From IMG/VR virus record IMGVR_UViG_3300021387_003827, positions 1 through 64,000 of that record: DNA of 64,000 nt. One strand, written 5' to 3'. The position numbers were made by a program, and so were the translations under genes. The notes below the pieces were generated by a model that made no database searches, had not been told where the DNA came from, and was given only the letters and a program-made list of their open reading frames with translations. Position 1 is the first letter of the stretch, and every line of letters begins with the position of its first letter. The stretch comes from a virus. Its lineage: Duplodnaviria > Caudoviricetes. This document shows, in pieces, positions 1 through 9,894 of the stretch.

Positions 1-17
1 CCCGGGTTCTTCGCGTT

Positions 18-215
18 AATGGAACGGAATTATCGAACGTAGTGAGATAATGGAGTGGAATAGCGAAGTGGCGCGGGAGCGGGAAGGCGGGGAAATCGTG
101 TAAAATATTTTTCTTTTATTATTATTTTTTCTATTTCTTTACTTTACTTGGGGACACTACGATTTCATTCCGCTACTTTCGCTTCGCTCAAGATACGCTC
201 CATTCAATCTCCGTC
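18..215. repeat. Imperfect inverted pair of hairpin-rich elements (AATGGARCG...GARCGWAGYGA...GYGGAAT)
   Basis: + copy aatggaacgg-aattatc-gaacgtagtga-gataat-ggagtggaat; - copy aatggagcg-tatctt-gagcgaagcga-aagtagcggaat; non-coding and GC-richer than flanks. Confidence 0.45.
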
Positions 216-245
216 TCCTTTGTCTGTTCTCTGTGCCTTATATAT

Positions 246-2270
246 ATGAAGAAAAATTACACAATGAGAAAAATTTATTTAATTATTCTATTATCTCTTG
301 GGTTTAGCCATAATTTATTTTCCCAAGTAGATACCCTTAGTGAAGCATCTGTTGTTTCATTTTACAGGAATAGTATAAATCCTGGGTCTCTTCTAAGATC
401 ACAACAACTCCGGGAAGAAAATTATGGACAAGAGCCTTCACACCTTTTCAGAAAATTGCCATCTATATTTTCTATGAGTGACAATGGTACTGAATTTGGT
501 TATGGCTACTTTAGAATACGTGGACTAGATCAAACAAGAATTAATGTTACCCTGGATGGAATGCCGTGGAATGAAGCTGAGGATTATGGTACCTATTTTG
601 CCAATTCTCCCGATCTAATGTCATCCCTTCACTCGATTAAAGTAGAAAGAGGATCTAGTTCTTCAAATAATGGTACTGCTTCTAGTGGTGGCAGTATAAA
701 CCTTGAATCTGTCGACCTTCTTAGAGATACCACATCCTTTGCTTATATCGGTGGTGGTAGCTTTAAGACAATGAAGACTTCAGTTATATATAATTCTGGT
801 CTTATCGGAAAGTCGGCATTTCATATCAAGGGAACACAGCAACAGACGGAAGGATTTAAAGATTATGGGTTTAATAATTCTCAAGCTCTTTCCGGAAAAT
901 ATGGATACTTCTTTTCTCCGGCTCATTCCATTGATATCCTAACCTTAAATGGAAGACACCGTAATGGACAAGGTTGGTTGGGGAATACTATGTCTGAACT
1001 AACCTCTAACCCAAGATCTAACGGCAATATAAAGTCAGAGGATGATGAGTGGTTTCAGAGTATAAATAAAATACAATATCGTGGTCAAGTTACTCCATAT
1101 CTCTTCCTTACTTCATCCATATACCTCCAATATCAAAAGGGTTGGTATAATATGGACCTAGATAATTATATGAAGAGAATGGTCACTGAAGATTGGGATA
1201 ATTCTTCTATACTCTATTCTTATGGCCTTAAACATTATCTCTATGGTGGAAATATTGCTTCACGGTGGGAAATAAAGAATTTTCATCTTCAAGCCGGATT
1301 TAATATATATCGGTATCAGAGGCAGCACTATATGGAAATGGGAAGAGGAAAGAATATACCGGTCGATGAGAATTATGATAACACCGGATATAAGAATGAC
1401 CTTAATGTATTTCTTTCTGGGATATATCGATGGAAGGGTCTGGAACTTGGTGGAAATATACAATATCGTTATGTAGATTTCACCTATAAAGATAACCTAC
1501 ATCCTGATATTATCTATAACGAAGATACACGGTGGAATTTTGTCAATTATGGTCTAGATATAAATTATTCTCTTCGGAAGGGTGGTAAATTCTATGTTCG
1601 TTTTGCCGCCGTATCAAGAGAGCCCACACGAACGGATATGTTTGGTGGAAATGAATTCTATCCCGGGGAAATCACATCCCCCACCCCTGAAAGATCTTAT
1701 GATATAGAAGCAGGTCATACTATATCAACTTCAAAGATAAAGGCGAATGTAAACCTTTATTACATGAGGTTTACCAATGAAAGAGTCTTAACGGGAGAGT
1801 ATGGTCTGAATGGATTACCTCTTCATGAAAGTGCGTCTAATTCTTTCAGGTCAGGTATAGAAGCCTCACTGAATTGGAACTTTATATCATCCTTCTATTA
1901 TGACCTTTCTGGATCTTGGAGTATAGGTAGGGTGAATTCTAAGACATTCCAGAATAAAAATCATATCCTTACCCCAAGTCTAATCTTACGAAATGAACTT
2001 GGTTGGAATTCTTCACGATTCACATTAGGTCTGGAGCAGATATATCGTTCTGAGATGTATATGGATCAAGAGAATGAGAATAAAATTCCTTGGTATCTCG
2101 TCTTCAATTTCCATGGATCTTTCAGATATCGAAACATGGAGGTTGGTCTTAGGATTGGAAATATCTTTAATAGGGTGAATTTCTATAATGCTGCTCTCGG
2201 TGCCAAAGATATCTTATGGTTTAGAGAAGCAGGAACTAATGCTTTTGTAGATTTTAAAATATATTTCTAA
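246..2270 (+). CDS. TonB-dependent outer-membrane receptor (Bacteroidetes vitamin-uptake type); start may be 264
   Basis: Signal peptide; plug motifs RIRGLDQTRINVTLDGMP and IKVERGSSSSNNGTASSGGSINL; beta-barrel pattern; terminal NIFN...DFKIYF with C-terminal Phe. Confidence 0.9.
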   Translation: MKKNYTMRKIYLIILLSLGFSHNLFSQVDTLSEASVVSFYRNSINPGSLLRSQQLREENYGQEPSHLFRKLPSIFSMSDNGTEFGYGYFRIRGLDQTRINVTLDGMPWNEAEDYGTYFANSPDLMSSLHSIKVERGSSSSNNGTASSGGSINLESVDLLRDTTSFAYIGGGSFKTMKTSVIYNSGLIGKSAFHIKGTQQQTEGFKDYGFNNSQALSGKYGYFFSPAHSIDILTLNGRHRNGQGWLGNTMSELTSNPRSNGNIKSEDDEWFQSINKIQYRGQVTPYLFLTSSIYLQYQKGWYNMDLDNYMKRMVTEDWDNSSILYSYGLKHYLYGGNIASRWEIKNFHLQAGFNIYRYQRQHYMEMGRGKNIPVDENYDNTGYKNDLNVFLSGIYRWKGLELGGNIQYRYVDFTYKDNLHPDIIYNEDTRWNFVNYGLDINYSLRKGGKFYVRFAAVSREPTRTDMFGGNEFYPGEITSPTPERSYDIEAGHTISTSKIKANVNLYYMRFTNERVLTGEYGLNGLPLHESASNSFRSGIEASLNWNFISSFYYDLSGSWSIGRVNSKTFQNKNHILTPSLILRNELGWNSSRFTLGLEQIYRSEMYMDQENENKIPWYLVFNFHGSFRYRNMEVGLRIGNIFNRVNFYNAALGAKDILWFREAGTNAFVDFKIYF

Positions 2271-2497
2271 TGGATAAGGAAGAATTATACCAACTTTATC
2301 TTGAACATTCTAAAGAAGCGGAATGGGAAAGATATGATTTCGTCGACCCTCCTTATTGTTGGAATGTATCTATGACTCTTGAAGTAGACGGATATCTTTT
2401 CACAGGGGATGGTGATGAAGTCTGTGGATATGAACCAGAATTACGAGAGCTTTATGTTAAGTCCTTGAGTTCTGATGAAACTATACGACTATTATGA
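2270..2497 (+). CDS. Hypothetical acidic protein
   Basis: Overlaps both neighbours (translational coupling). Confidence 0.6.
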   Translation: MDKEELYQLYLEHSKEAEWERYDFVDPPYCWNVSMTLEVDGYLFTGDGDEVCGYEPELRELYVKSLSSDETIRLL

Positions 2498-3594
2498 ATA
2501 AAATAGGAATTTGTTTTGGTGGATATTGTCCTCTTCATCAGGGGCATATGGATATTATTATGCAGGCCAAGAAGGAGAATGATATCTGTTATGTCATAGT
2601 GTGCGGATACGATAATGAGCCACGCGGTTGGGAAATTAATCTCAGTCTCCAGGAAAGATATACCCTGATTTATGATTTCTTTAGGGACGATGATATTATC
2701 CGAGTGAAGAGCATTAATGACACCTCTCTTGGAATTGATGAAAGTATGTCCGACCTTAATTGGAGGATTTGGACCAATGAAGTTAAAAGACTAATTATAG
2801 AAGATATTGGTGATGATAATAATAGGAAATATACTTTTTATGTAGCCGAACCATTTTATAAGGTCAGTATTGAGAAGAATTGTTCCTGGGTTGACGATAT
2901 TATACTTCTTGATAAAGTAAACCCAGTATCCGGTACTCAAGTCAGAAGAAATCCACTGAAATATTGGAATAAAATTACCTCTCCCTTTAAACCATATCTT
3001 TGTAAAAATATTCTCATCATCGGAACGGCTAGTGAAGGGAAATCAACTTTGGTTAAGGATATTGCCAAGTATTTTGATATTCCTTTTGCTTCTGAGTATG
3101 GTAGAGATTATATGAAGGCTGAAGGTATAACAGACAAAGATTTAAGATATAATGATTTTGATGCTTTTCTCTCCGGCCAGTTAGATTATTGTGACACTGA
3201 GAGGAGGAAGTCTAAGAATGGAATCTTTATCTCTGACACGGACAATACTGTAACCTTGATGTATGCTAAAGCGTATGCGGAAGACCCAGATATATCTTTA
3301 AGTGAGGAAGATTATAAATCACTATATTCATCGGCGAAAGAATATAATACCGGTTATGAATACAAGTGGGATCATATCTTTATCTTTCCACCATCGAAGG
3401 AATTTGTAGATGATGGGGTGCGATATATGAAACAAGCACCCATGGTAGAAAGAGAAAAGAATTTCAGTGTTCTTCAGAAACTTGTGGCAGAATTTTACCC
3501 AGATATAAATAAGACATATCTGAATGGAAGCTTCTTGGAGAATTTTAACATAGTAAAGAATTATATAAACAGCCTACTATATGACAAAGTTTAG
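2494..3594 (+). CDS. nadR: NadR-like bifunctional NMN adenylyltransferase / ribosylnicotinamide kinase (no HTH)
   Basis: FGGYCPLHQGH (HxGH) and VSGTQVR nucleotidyltransferase motifs; P-loop GTASEGKST, EYGR, DTD, DDGVR; adjacent to pnuC. Confidence 0.9.
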   Translation: MNKIGICFGGYCPLHQGHMDIIMQAKKENDICYVIVCGYDNEPRGWEINLSLQERYTLIYDFFRDDDIIRVKSINDTSLGIDESMSDLNWRIWTNEVKRLIIEDIGDDNNRKYTFYVAEPFYKVSIEKNCSWVDDIILLDKVNPVSGTQVRRNPLKYWNKITSPFKPYLCKNILIIGTASEGKSTLVKDIAKYFDIPFASEYGRDYMKAEGITDKDLRYNDFDAFLSGQLDYCDTERRKSKNGIFISDTDNTVTLMYAKAYAEDPDISLSEEDYKSLYSSAKEYNTGYEYKWDHIFIFPPSKEFVDDGVRYMKQAPMVEREKNFSVLQKLVAEFYPDINKTYLNGSFLENFNIVKNYINSLLYDKV

Positions 3595-4198
3595 TACTTG
3601 GTTTATAATATTTGGTGTTATTCTCCAGGTCCTATGCTACTTTATAACCGGAGATTCTTGGCTATCTTTGGTAAGTGGTATTCTTGGGGTAATTTCTGTT
3701 GTTTTGTGTAGTGATAGGAAATTCAGTTTCTATATATTTGGGTTTCTTCAACTCTTTACATATCTTATTCTAGTCTTTAAGAATCATCTATGGGGTGAAG
3801 TTGGAGAAAATATATTCTACCTTGTGACAATGGTTCTTGGATTATTCATATGGAGAGAGAATATGGAAGGAGGAGAAGTAAAATCTAAATCACTAAGTCC
3901 TTGGGTAAGATTTATACTTGGTGTATTTTCTGTGGTTGGGATTTATGGCTTATGGAGATATCTTGAAACTACGAATGATCCACAGCCACTCCTAGACTCT
4001 ATAACTACGGTTCCTGCATTTATAGCCCAAATCCTAATGATCTTATGTTTCAGAGAACAATGGATTTTCTGGTTGATTATAGATATCGGAAGTATAATTC
4101 TGTGGTATAATGCAGGAAGTTGGTGTATGGTGTTTCAGTATATCTTCTGGACATCTAATTGTGTATATGGATGGATAAGATGGAGGAAAACCTTATAA
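3581..4198 (+). CDS. pnuC: PnuC-family nicotinamide riboside transporter
   Basis: About 7 TM helices; DSITT...AQILM...REQWIFWLIID and YGWIRW motifs. Confidence 0.9.
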   Translation: MTKFSTWFIIFGVILQVLCYFITGDSWLSLVSGILGVISVVLCSDRKFSFYIFGFLQLFTYLILVFKNHLWGEVGENIFYLVTMVLGLFIWRENMEGGEVKSKSLSPWVRFILGVFSVVGIYGLWRYLETTNDPQPLLDSITTVPAFIAQILMILCFREQWIFWLIIDIGSIILWYNAGSWCMVFQYIFWTSNCVYGWIRWRKTL

Positions 4199-4977
4199 AT
4201 ATGAATTGTAATTTTTTAGTAAAGAATTGGAAATACGGCGGATTCTATCCCTGTGAAGTTATTAAGAAGTGGGATTCGAAAGTGATAAAGGTTAGACAAT
4301 ATATTATTAACCCTAAAGATGGAAGCACTATCGAAACCATTGAAACTGGAGATTTTATACCACATCTTCTGAATCCTGAGTATAAGAAAGGAGATATTAT
4401 CGATATGTTCTATCCTGGAGTTATGATATCAACAAATGGATATGAACTCATTGTAGATCAAGCTTTGCGAATACCAGGAGGATTTAAGATATATTATAAG
4501 TATATTCAGTGTGGTGAAGAAAAGCTGGAAGAGTTAAGAGAAAAGAATCCATCCTGGTGTTTTATAAATGATCTTGGATATCAGGTAAAGAAAATAATAC
4601 CGGGATATAATTTCATCTCTATCTCTGACGATGATGAGGTGGAGGTTCTTGATACAATGTCCTTAGAAAAGCTTAAGGAGAATAGACTTAAGTGGTATCT
4701 AGAGGATAATACAGACAGAGATACTATAATATATCTTGAGAAGCTTCTTGGATACCAGAGACAGGAGGATGGGCTTGGATGGATGGAATATTTCTTTATC
4801 AATGCTCCTGAGGGTATTGGACTAAAGAAAACTCATTGGGTAGATATGAGAGATGAGAAGAATCCGAAATATTCCTCCTGGGTTGAAGTGTCTGGGAAGA
4901 ATGTGACAATAAAAGAAGAGCACAGTATAGAAGAGATTATATCTGATGCTGTGGAGAAAAATAAAGAGGGAAATTAA
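4159..4977 (+). CDS. Hypothetical protein (start probably 4180 or 4201)
   Basis: Long ORF ending at a terminator. Confidence 0.65.
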   Translation: MCIWMDKMEENLINMNCNFLVKNWKYGGFYPCEVIKKWDSKVIKVRQYIINPKDGSTIETIETGDFIPHLLNPEYKKGDIIDMFYPGVMISTNGYELIVDQALRIPGGFKIYYKYIQCGEEKLEELREKNPSWCFINDLGYQVKKIIPGYNFISISDDDEVEVLDTMSLEKLKENRLKWYLEDNTDRDTIIYLEKLLGYQRQEDGLGWMEYFFINAPEGIGLKKTHWVDMRDEKNPKYSSWVEVSGKNVTIKEEHSIEEIISDAVEKNKEGN

Positions 4978-4995
4978 ATCCCTCTTTTATATTTT
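4957..4995. terminator. Bidirectional intrinsic terminator
   Basis: aaagaggga-aattaaa-tccctcttt with A/T tails, between convergent gene blocks. Confidence 0.75.
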
Positions 4996-5169
4996 CAAGA
5001 AAAAGAAAATGGGATGAATCCTCCCGACTGATCCCACCTTCTTTGCTGAGGAATAAACACCTCCTTTTTGACTAAAGACATAAATCGTAAATCTCAGCCT
5101 TTACGAAGTTGCCCGTGAATGTATGATCTTTAGTTTTTTATTTTTTTTCAAATAATGAGGTTTTATTAT

Positions 5170-5352
5170 TCATTTTCGGAGCCTTTGATCTTCTATCTCA
5201 TTCGGATGTTCTGAAAAATATTTATACTGTTCCCTCCTTCCAAAGTCCCCACGTTTTACACACTCTTCATATGTAATTACTGTAATATTATCTTCATCTA
5301 CCCACTCAACTTTTCCTGTCTTTGGATCTTCTAATTTCAATTTCTTACCCAT
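5170..5352 (-). CDS. Small protein, paralog of 10615..10821
   Basis: Shared MGKK...TGK...DE...G..GRxEQYKYFxEHPxExEDQxL; CCTTA motif just upstream. Confidence 0.75.
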   Translation of the reverse strand: MGKKLKLEDPKTGKVEWVDEDNITVITYEECVKRGDFGRREQYKYFSEHPNEIEDQRLRK

Positions 5353-5385
5353 ATCATATTTAAGGACTTAGTTCTTCAATAAGTG

Positions 5386-5892
5386 CTATTTCTTTAGTTT
5401 TCCAATCAAATGTCCGGCCACGGCACCAATTCCTAAACCGCTGGTAGCACCGAGAATAGCACCCCTTTTTAAATATTTCTTTCCGGTTGGGGTATCATCA
5501 GCAAGAAGAGACTCGTAATTACCAGACTTAAGCTTTTTGTTTTCTTCTCTAAGCTCTTTATTTTCTCTTGGTATGTCTCTCCATAGATCATCAGCCATTT
5601 CAACTTCAACTCTATCAAGATCATCCCAGGAAGATTCAGGCCCTCTTTCTTCTCTTTCTTTCTCGGCCCTTTCCTTGTAAACTGGATAGGCCTTCTTATT
5701 AGCTTTTATCTGCTTTTTATTCTCCTCTATTTTCTTTTTCGCGGCCTCTTTCTTTTCTTCATTGGTTGCTTTCTTTATCCCCGCCTTAGCACCAACAATA
5801 GTGCCTGCAACAAGACCGGCTGGAGCAGCAATAAGAGCACCCTTAATCATCTTAGAGGCCTTGGAGTAGTTTTTCTGTCTAAGTATAATCAT
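5386..5892 (-). CDS. Leader-tagged protein with two Gly-zipper hydrophobic segments
   Basis: Leader MIILRQKNYS (M4 of track ORF); GALIAAPAGLVAGTIVG and GAILGATSGLGIGAVAG. Confidence 0.8.
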   Translation of the reverse strand: MIILRQKNYSKASKMIKGALIAAPAGLVAGTIVGAKAGIKKATNEEKKEAAKKKIEENKKQIKANKKAYPVYKERAEKEREERGPESSWDDLDRVEVEMADDLWRDIPRENKELREENKKLKSGNYESLLADDTPTGKKYLKRGAILGATSGLGIGAVAGHLIGKLKK

Positions 5893-5903
5893 AAAATACA
5901 ATA

Positions 5904-5964
5904 CTACCCGGGAATTGATTAAAACTACCCCCCCCGGATAGAAATTTTAATGGGAAGGGGTAAG
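5904..5964 (-). ncRNA. Putative H-type pseudoknot, copy 1
   Basis: Sense strand S1 UUACCCC/GGGGUAG, S2 CUAUCCGGG/CCCGGGUAG; ends 11 nt before AUG. Confidence 0.7.
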
Positions 5965-5968
5965 CGCA

Positions 5969-6310
5969 TCATACTTTTACTCTTATTTCTAGTGCTCGTT
6001 TTGTTCTCTTATTCTCTAGACCAAAACACAGAGAATCATTTTCTAGATAAACGGCATATAACTCTAGGTCTTCTATTTTCCCTATCTTCGGATTATTGGA
6101 TACCTTTTCCTTGATCACTTCCTCTAAATTTCCTAGGGTCTCTTTTATGTTCTTCGACGTGTCCCTAGATATTCCCTTATTAAATACATAATATGTGCTA
6201 TCCCAGTTGGTTGTAATCTCCATTAGATCTGGGGCCTTTCTAGAATAATTGCATTTCTCTACTAGATCAAAAAAGTCGAGAATATTTAATTTCTTTTGAA
6301 AGATTATCAT
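5969..6310 (-). CDS. Hypothetical protein, degenerate leader MIIFQKK
   Basis: ATGA overlap with upstream gene. Confidence 0.7.
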   Translation of the reverse strand: MIIFQKKLNILDFFDLVEKCNYSRKAPDLMEITTNWDSTYYVFNKGISRDTSKNIKETLGNLEEVIKEKVSNNPKIGKIEDLELYAVYLENDSLCFGLENKRTKRALEIRVKV

Positions 6311-6795
6311 AGTCTATTTTGTATTAGTTTCTGGGAGTTTCGGAGATAGTTAATAACTTTATCATTCTCGTCATCCTCCCAGTATCTATTCTTTGTCCAA
6401 TCAATCTCATCATTCTTAAACTCTTTAAGAATTCCTTGCTTTACTTGCTGAAAAGATACTGGCTTTCCGTTTCGATTGTTGTCTATCCAGGTTTTCTTTT
6501 CAGTATCATAAGAAAAATCAATTCTGCCCTGTGGTGATTCTACAACTGGAATTATTTTTGTTTCTGGAGTTATCTCATCTTTTCTTAGTAGAGTATAGTA
6601 ACTCGCATATTCATCACCATCCCCGAGACCCGGATAGATCTTATCCAGCTCTTCCTCAAGCGATTTCAGCTTATTATACTCCTCTTTTGGAAGCCTAGAC
6701 TCTATTTCGTTAATTCTGGCCTGTTCTGTCTTCGTTTTATTAGATTTAAAAAGACCGGAGAGAAAGCTATATGTCTTCTGTCTCTTAATTATCAT
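6307..6795 (-). CDS. Leader-tagged protein, possibly SUKH/SMI1-KNR4-like
   Basis: MIIKRQKTYS; IESRLPKEEY...IIPV...G...SFQQ loosely resembles SUKH (family call weak). Confidence 0.6.
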   Translation of the reverse strand: MIIKRQKTYSFLSGLFKSNKTKTEQARINEIESRLPKEEYNKLKSLEEELDKIYPGLGDGDEYASYYTLLRKDEITPETKIIPVVESPQGRIDFSYDTEKKTWIDNNRNGKPVSFQQVKQGILKEFKNDEIDWTKNRYWEDDENDKVINYLRNSQKLIQNRL

Positions 6796-7586
6796 AGTAT
6801 TGTATTTATCTTATTATTAAACTCCTTGATCATCTCTATTTGCTTGTCGGATAAGGTATCATCAAGCTTTTTGAGATCAACCATCAGGGTTTTCTTGAGA
6901 GATTCAGAATAATCGGGGCTATCTACACCATATTTCCCTGTATTAGGACTATAACAAAGCCAACCATCATCCCCTGCTTCGTTATATGTGGCTAAACAAA
7001 GGGTACTAAATCCATCATCGTTCTCTATATTCCACCAATCTTCTGTAGTTTTTGAGTTAATAGGAATTGGGAAATATGTCTTAAACTCAGGAACTTCATA
7101 CACCTCATCTATTTTCTCTGAATCCATGCTAGAATACCAGAGCTCTATTTTCTTTGACCAGGTGTCCTTATAGAATTTGACATATTTCAAGAATTCGGCG
7201 GGAACAGGTATTTTCTTAGCTAGAGCTTGCCAAGAGGAGTAATTTAGATTCTTTGCAAGTGTCTCATCAAATCCTCTATTGTTTTCTATGGCTTTCTTTA
7301 TTCTCTTAGAGTTTTCCTTATCAACCTTCTCTCTTACCTTTGGATCGTGGTCATATTCCCACTTTGACTTTCCACTATCCCAACCAGACTTTGCTCCAGC
7401 TATGCCACCAATTAAAGCACCTGTCCCAGCAATGCCAGCAGCCAGTTTATATTTTCCAGAAAGTGCGGCTAGTTTCCAGCCAGGCATTACAGCAGCACCA
7501 ATACCTGCTCCATACCCAGCACCTTTAATTGCACCACCAAGAGAAGATGTGAATTTAGAATATGTCTTCTGTCTTAGTATTATCAT
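6792..7586 (-). CDS. Leader-tagged protein: Gly-zipper N-domain plus globular C-domain (possibly SUKH-like)
   Basis: MIILRQKTYS; GAGYGAGIGAA / GIAGTGALIGGIAG; IPVPAEFLKY...GDDGWLCY. Confidence 0.7.
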   Translation of the reverse strand: MIILRQKTYSKFTSSLGGAIKGAGYGAGIGAAVMPGWKLAALSGKYKLAAGIAGTGALIGGIAGAKSGWDSGKSKWEYDHDPKVREKVDKENSKRIKKAIENNRGFDETLAKNLNYSSWQALAKKIPVPAEFLKYVKFYKDTWSKKIELWYSSMDSEKIDEVYEVPEFKTYFPIPINSKTTEDWWNIENDDGFSTLCLATYNEAGDDGWLCYSPNTGKYGVDSPDYSESLKKTLMVDLKKLDDTLSDKQIEMIKEFNNKINTIL

Positions 7587-7730
7587 AGTTTATTGATTTT
7601 TTAATACGGCTTTTCCCAAGGACTGTCACTAAGTTTTGCAAGGTTTCTTTGCCCATTTTATCTAGTCTATCACCAAGTTTTTACCAACTTTGTAAGTTTT
7701 TAGTGACCCCTTCAAAAGAATATATTGTCT

Positions 7731-8234
7731 TTATAGTACCTTCTTCATTGCCGTCAGTCCTCCCCAATAGAAATCCTCGTCGGGCGAACTAATCTGACCA
7801 ACCTCTTTAAATCCAAGTTTTTCGTAGATATGTCTTGCATCTGGTGATATACCCGGTACTTCTAATGTTAGGGTTTTGTATCCTCTTTCTTTGGCAAACT
7901 TTATAACCCACTTTAGAACTTCCTGAGCAAATCCGTGACCTCTATATTTCTCATCAATTTCAATCCACATTACATTTAGTTCTTCTTTGGATATCTCAGT
8001 TAAATCCAGGGCGCCGATATTAGTTTTTCCTTCTAGTATATCATAGTCAGCTAAAGTTTCTAGTGTTCTTATGTTTTTAGAGCCAAATAATTTAGCCAGG
8101 ATTTTTGATATAAACGAGGCAATATGTCTAGTAAACCAGGAATCTTTGACTTTTTCTAGATGTATTCCGCGAAGGTCTATTTCTTCTGGTGCATCAGTTC
8201 TAAATGAATACACTCTTTGACGTTTAATTATCAT
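7731..8234 (-). CDS. Leader-tagged GNAT acetyltransferase
   Basis: MIIKRQRVYS; acetyl-CoA motif IDEKYRGHGFAQ and ARHIYEKLGF. Confidence 0.88.
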   Translation of the reverse strand: MIIKRQRVYSFRTDAPEEIDLRGIHLEKVKDSWFTRHIASFISKILAKLFGSKNIRTLETLADYDILEGKTNIGALDLTEISKEELNVMWIEIDEKYRGHGFAQEVLKWVIKFAKERGYKTLTLEVPGISPDARHIYEKLGFKEVGQISSPDEDFYWGGLTAMKKVL

Positions 8235-8755
8235 TTCTTCTTGGATTTTTTAATTCTTTCTTTAGTGTTAATCTCAGCCCCTAACCTGGCTGCCTTTCTT
8301 TTCTTAATTATCTTTGGGGCCTCTTTAGCTATAACACTAGTCGCACCAAGAACAGCAGCGCCCATAGCAATCTTCTTAGAGTTCTTTCCGAGGCTAGATT
8401 TTATGTTTTGTGGAATTTTTATATCAAGCCCATAGTTTTTAGCATTATTTTCTATAAAATCAGGGGACTTAGAGATAAGATATCCACCCACTCCAGCAAT
8501 AACTCCTCTTTTAGCGGCTTTTCCAACTGGTTTCCCAATATTATCAAGGGTTGCTTCTTTCCCTGCTGCCTTCTTCGCCGCTTTAATAATTTCTTCGTCA
8601 GACTTTCCTTCTTCTGCCGCTTTGTCTGCAGCCTCCTTTCCAACTCTAAAATATTTCTCAGCATCTACCTTACCGTTTCCATCTTGTATCCAGCCAATCC
8701 CTATTCTAGAATCTTTAAGTTTTTCAGAATACGTCTTTTGTATTAGTATTATCAT
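8231..8755 (-). CDS. Leader-tagged basic protein with two hydrophobic segments
   Basis: MIILIQKTYS; GVIAGVGGYLI, IAMGAAVLGATSVIA. Confidence 0.75.
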   Translation of the reverse strand: MIILIQKTYSEKLKDSRIGIGWIQDGNGKVDAEKYFRVGKEAADKAAEEGKSDEEIIKAAKKAAGKEATLDNIGKPVGKAAKRGVIAGVGGYLISKSPDFIENNAKNYGLDIKIPQNIKSSLGKNSKKIAMGAAVLGATSVIAKEAPKIIKKRKAARLGAEINTKERIKKSKKK

Positions 8756-9894
8756 TTCTTTCCTCTCCTTTTCTTTTTCTTTCCCAAGCCCATTTCTTCA
8801 TTAACAAAACGATTAATATCCTTCTGTTTAGGATGCTTAGACGTATCTTCGGGATGATATTTTTTATATAATTTTTCATTAATCATCCCTTCACCAACTT
8901 TAGCTGCAACCATCCCACCAGCCAATCCTGCACTGATTGCTGCATTGCGATTAGATATCTCTCTGTTTCCTTTAGTGAGTATTTCAGCAGCTCCATTACC
9001 AAGAGCATTGGCCAAAACTGCAGTAGAAGAAGCTCTGCTAATGTTTCGGGCTCTTTTCAGTTTTCTTTTATCTTTCTCAAGCTCCCTCTCTTTGTCGGTC
9101 ATCTTGCTTTCTTCCAGCTGCCTCTTTTTATATTTATAGGCTATATTCTTAGCAGCTTTTGATCCTAGAGTAGAAATCGCTGCTCCAGCTACATAACCAT
9201 TAAACGCTTTGCCATTTGATTTCCTAGCGGCTTTTAATAGTTTCTCTGACGCCCCGGCCTTTTTGAGAAGTTTTTGGCCGTAAATAGACGCAGCACCTTC
9301 TGACACTAAAACGGGAACGTATGTTCCGGCTGAGAGATATGGAGCAGCTTTACCTATTTTGGATTCTTCTTCTCCCCTCTCTTCTTTTTTGGCTTTATCA
9401 ATACCAGCCGCAATACTAGAAGATATTCCAGCAACTCCAGCTATATTTTGGTCTAAATATAGTTTATGAGCTATTTTTGGAACTAGGCCTGCTTTTTTGT
9501 CAGCGTGAAAGTGTGCATGCCCTAATTCATGTGCCAAAGTCGAGGCATCCTTATCTGCGACCCTAATAATCTTTTTCTTAAAATCATATGAATCATTTCT
9601 TTTCATGGTATTGGGCATGTGTTTTATCCTTGTCTTAGACTCTTTTCTCAGCTTATCAAAGACTTCTTCACTTTCTTCTTTTATGGCAGGATCTTTTCGT
9701 AGAAGTTTCTTTATTTTCTTTTTAACCCGGCTGTCTCCAGACTTCTCTTTTAATTTCTCTTGAAGTGGAGCAGCAGCGCCTTCTATAAAGTACGGTAATG
9801 TTCCTCCAATAGCTGCCGCCGTTAATACTCCATTTTCAACTTTAGAGCCTTTCTTTTCCTTTTTTGAAAAAGCTCTCTGTCTTAGTATTATCAT
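8752..9894 (-). CDS. Leader-tagged membrane zinc metallopeptidase (HExxH, Zn_peptidase_2-like)
   Basis: MIILRQRAFS; TLAHELGHAHFH with downstream VSEGAAS and GYVAG; several hydrophobic helices. Confidence 0.75.
   Translation of the reverse strand: MIILRQRAFSKKEKKGSKVENGVLTAAAIGGTLPYFIEGAAAPLQEKLKEKSGDSRVKKKIKKLLRKDPAIKEESEEVFDKLRKESKTRIKHMPNTMKRNDSYDFKKKIIRVADKDASTLAHELGHAHFHADKKAGLVPKIAHKLYLDQNIAGVAGISSSIAAGIDKAKKEERGEEESKIGKAAPYLSAGTYVPVLVSEGAASIYGQKLLKKAGASEKLLKAARKSNGKAFNGYVAGAAISTLGSKAAKNIAYKYKKRQLEESKMTDKERELEKDKRKLKRARNISRASSTAVLANALGNGAAEILTKGNREISNRNAAISAGLAGGMVAAKVGEGMINEKLYKKYHPEDTSKHPKQKDINRFVNEEMGLGKKKKRRGKK

Noticed and set aside
7587-7730. Possible decayed gene or structured RNA (gtcactaa/ttagtgac stem)
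   Set aside because: Single copy, no start codon for the longer frame, and stems short enough to be chance.
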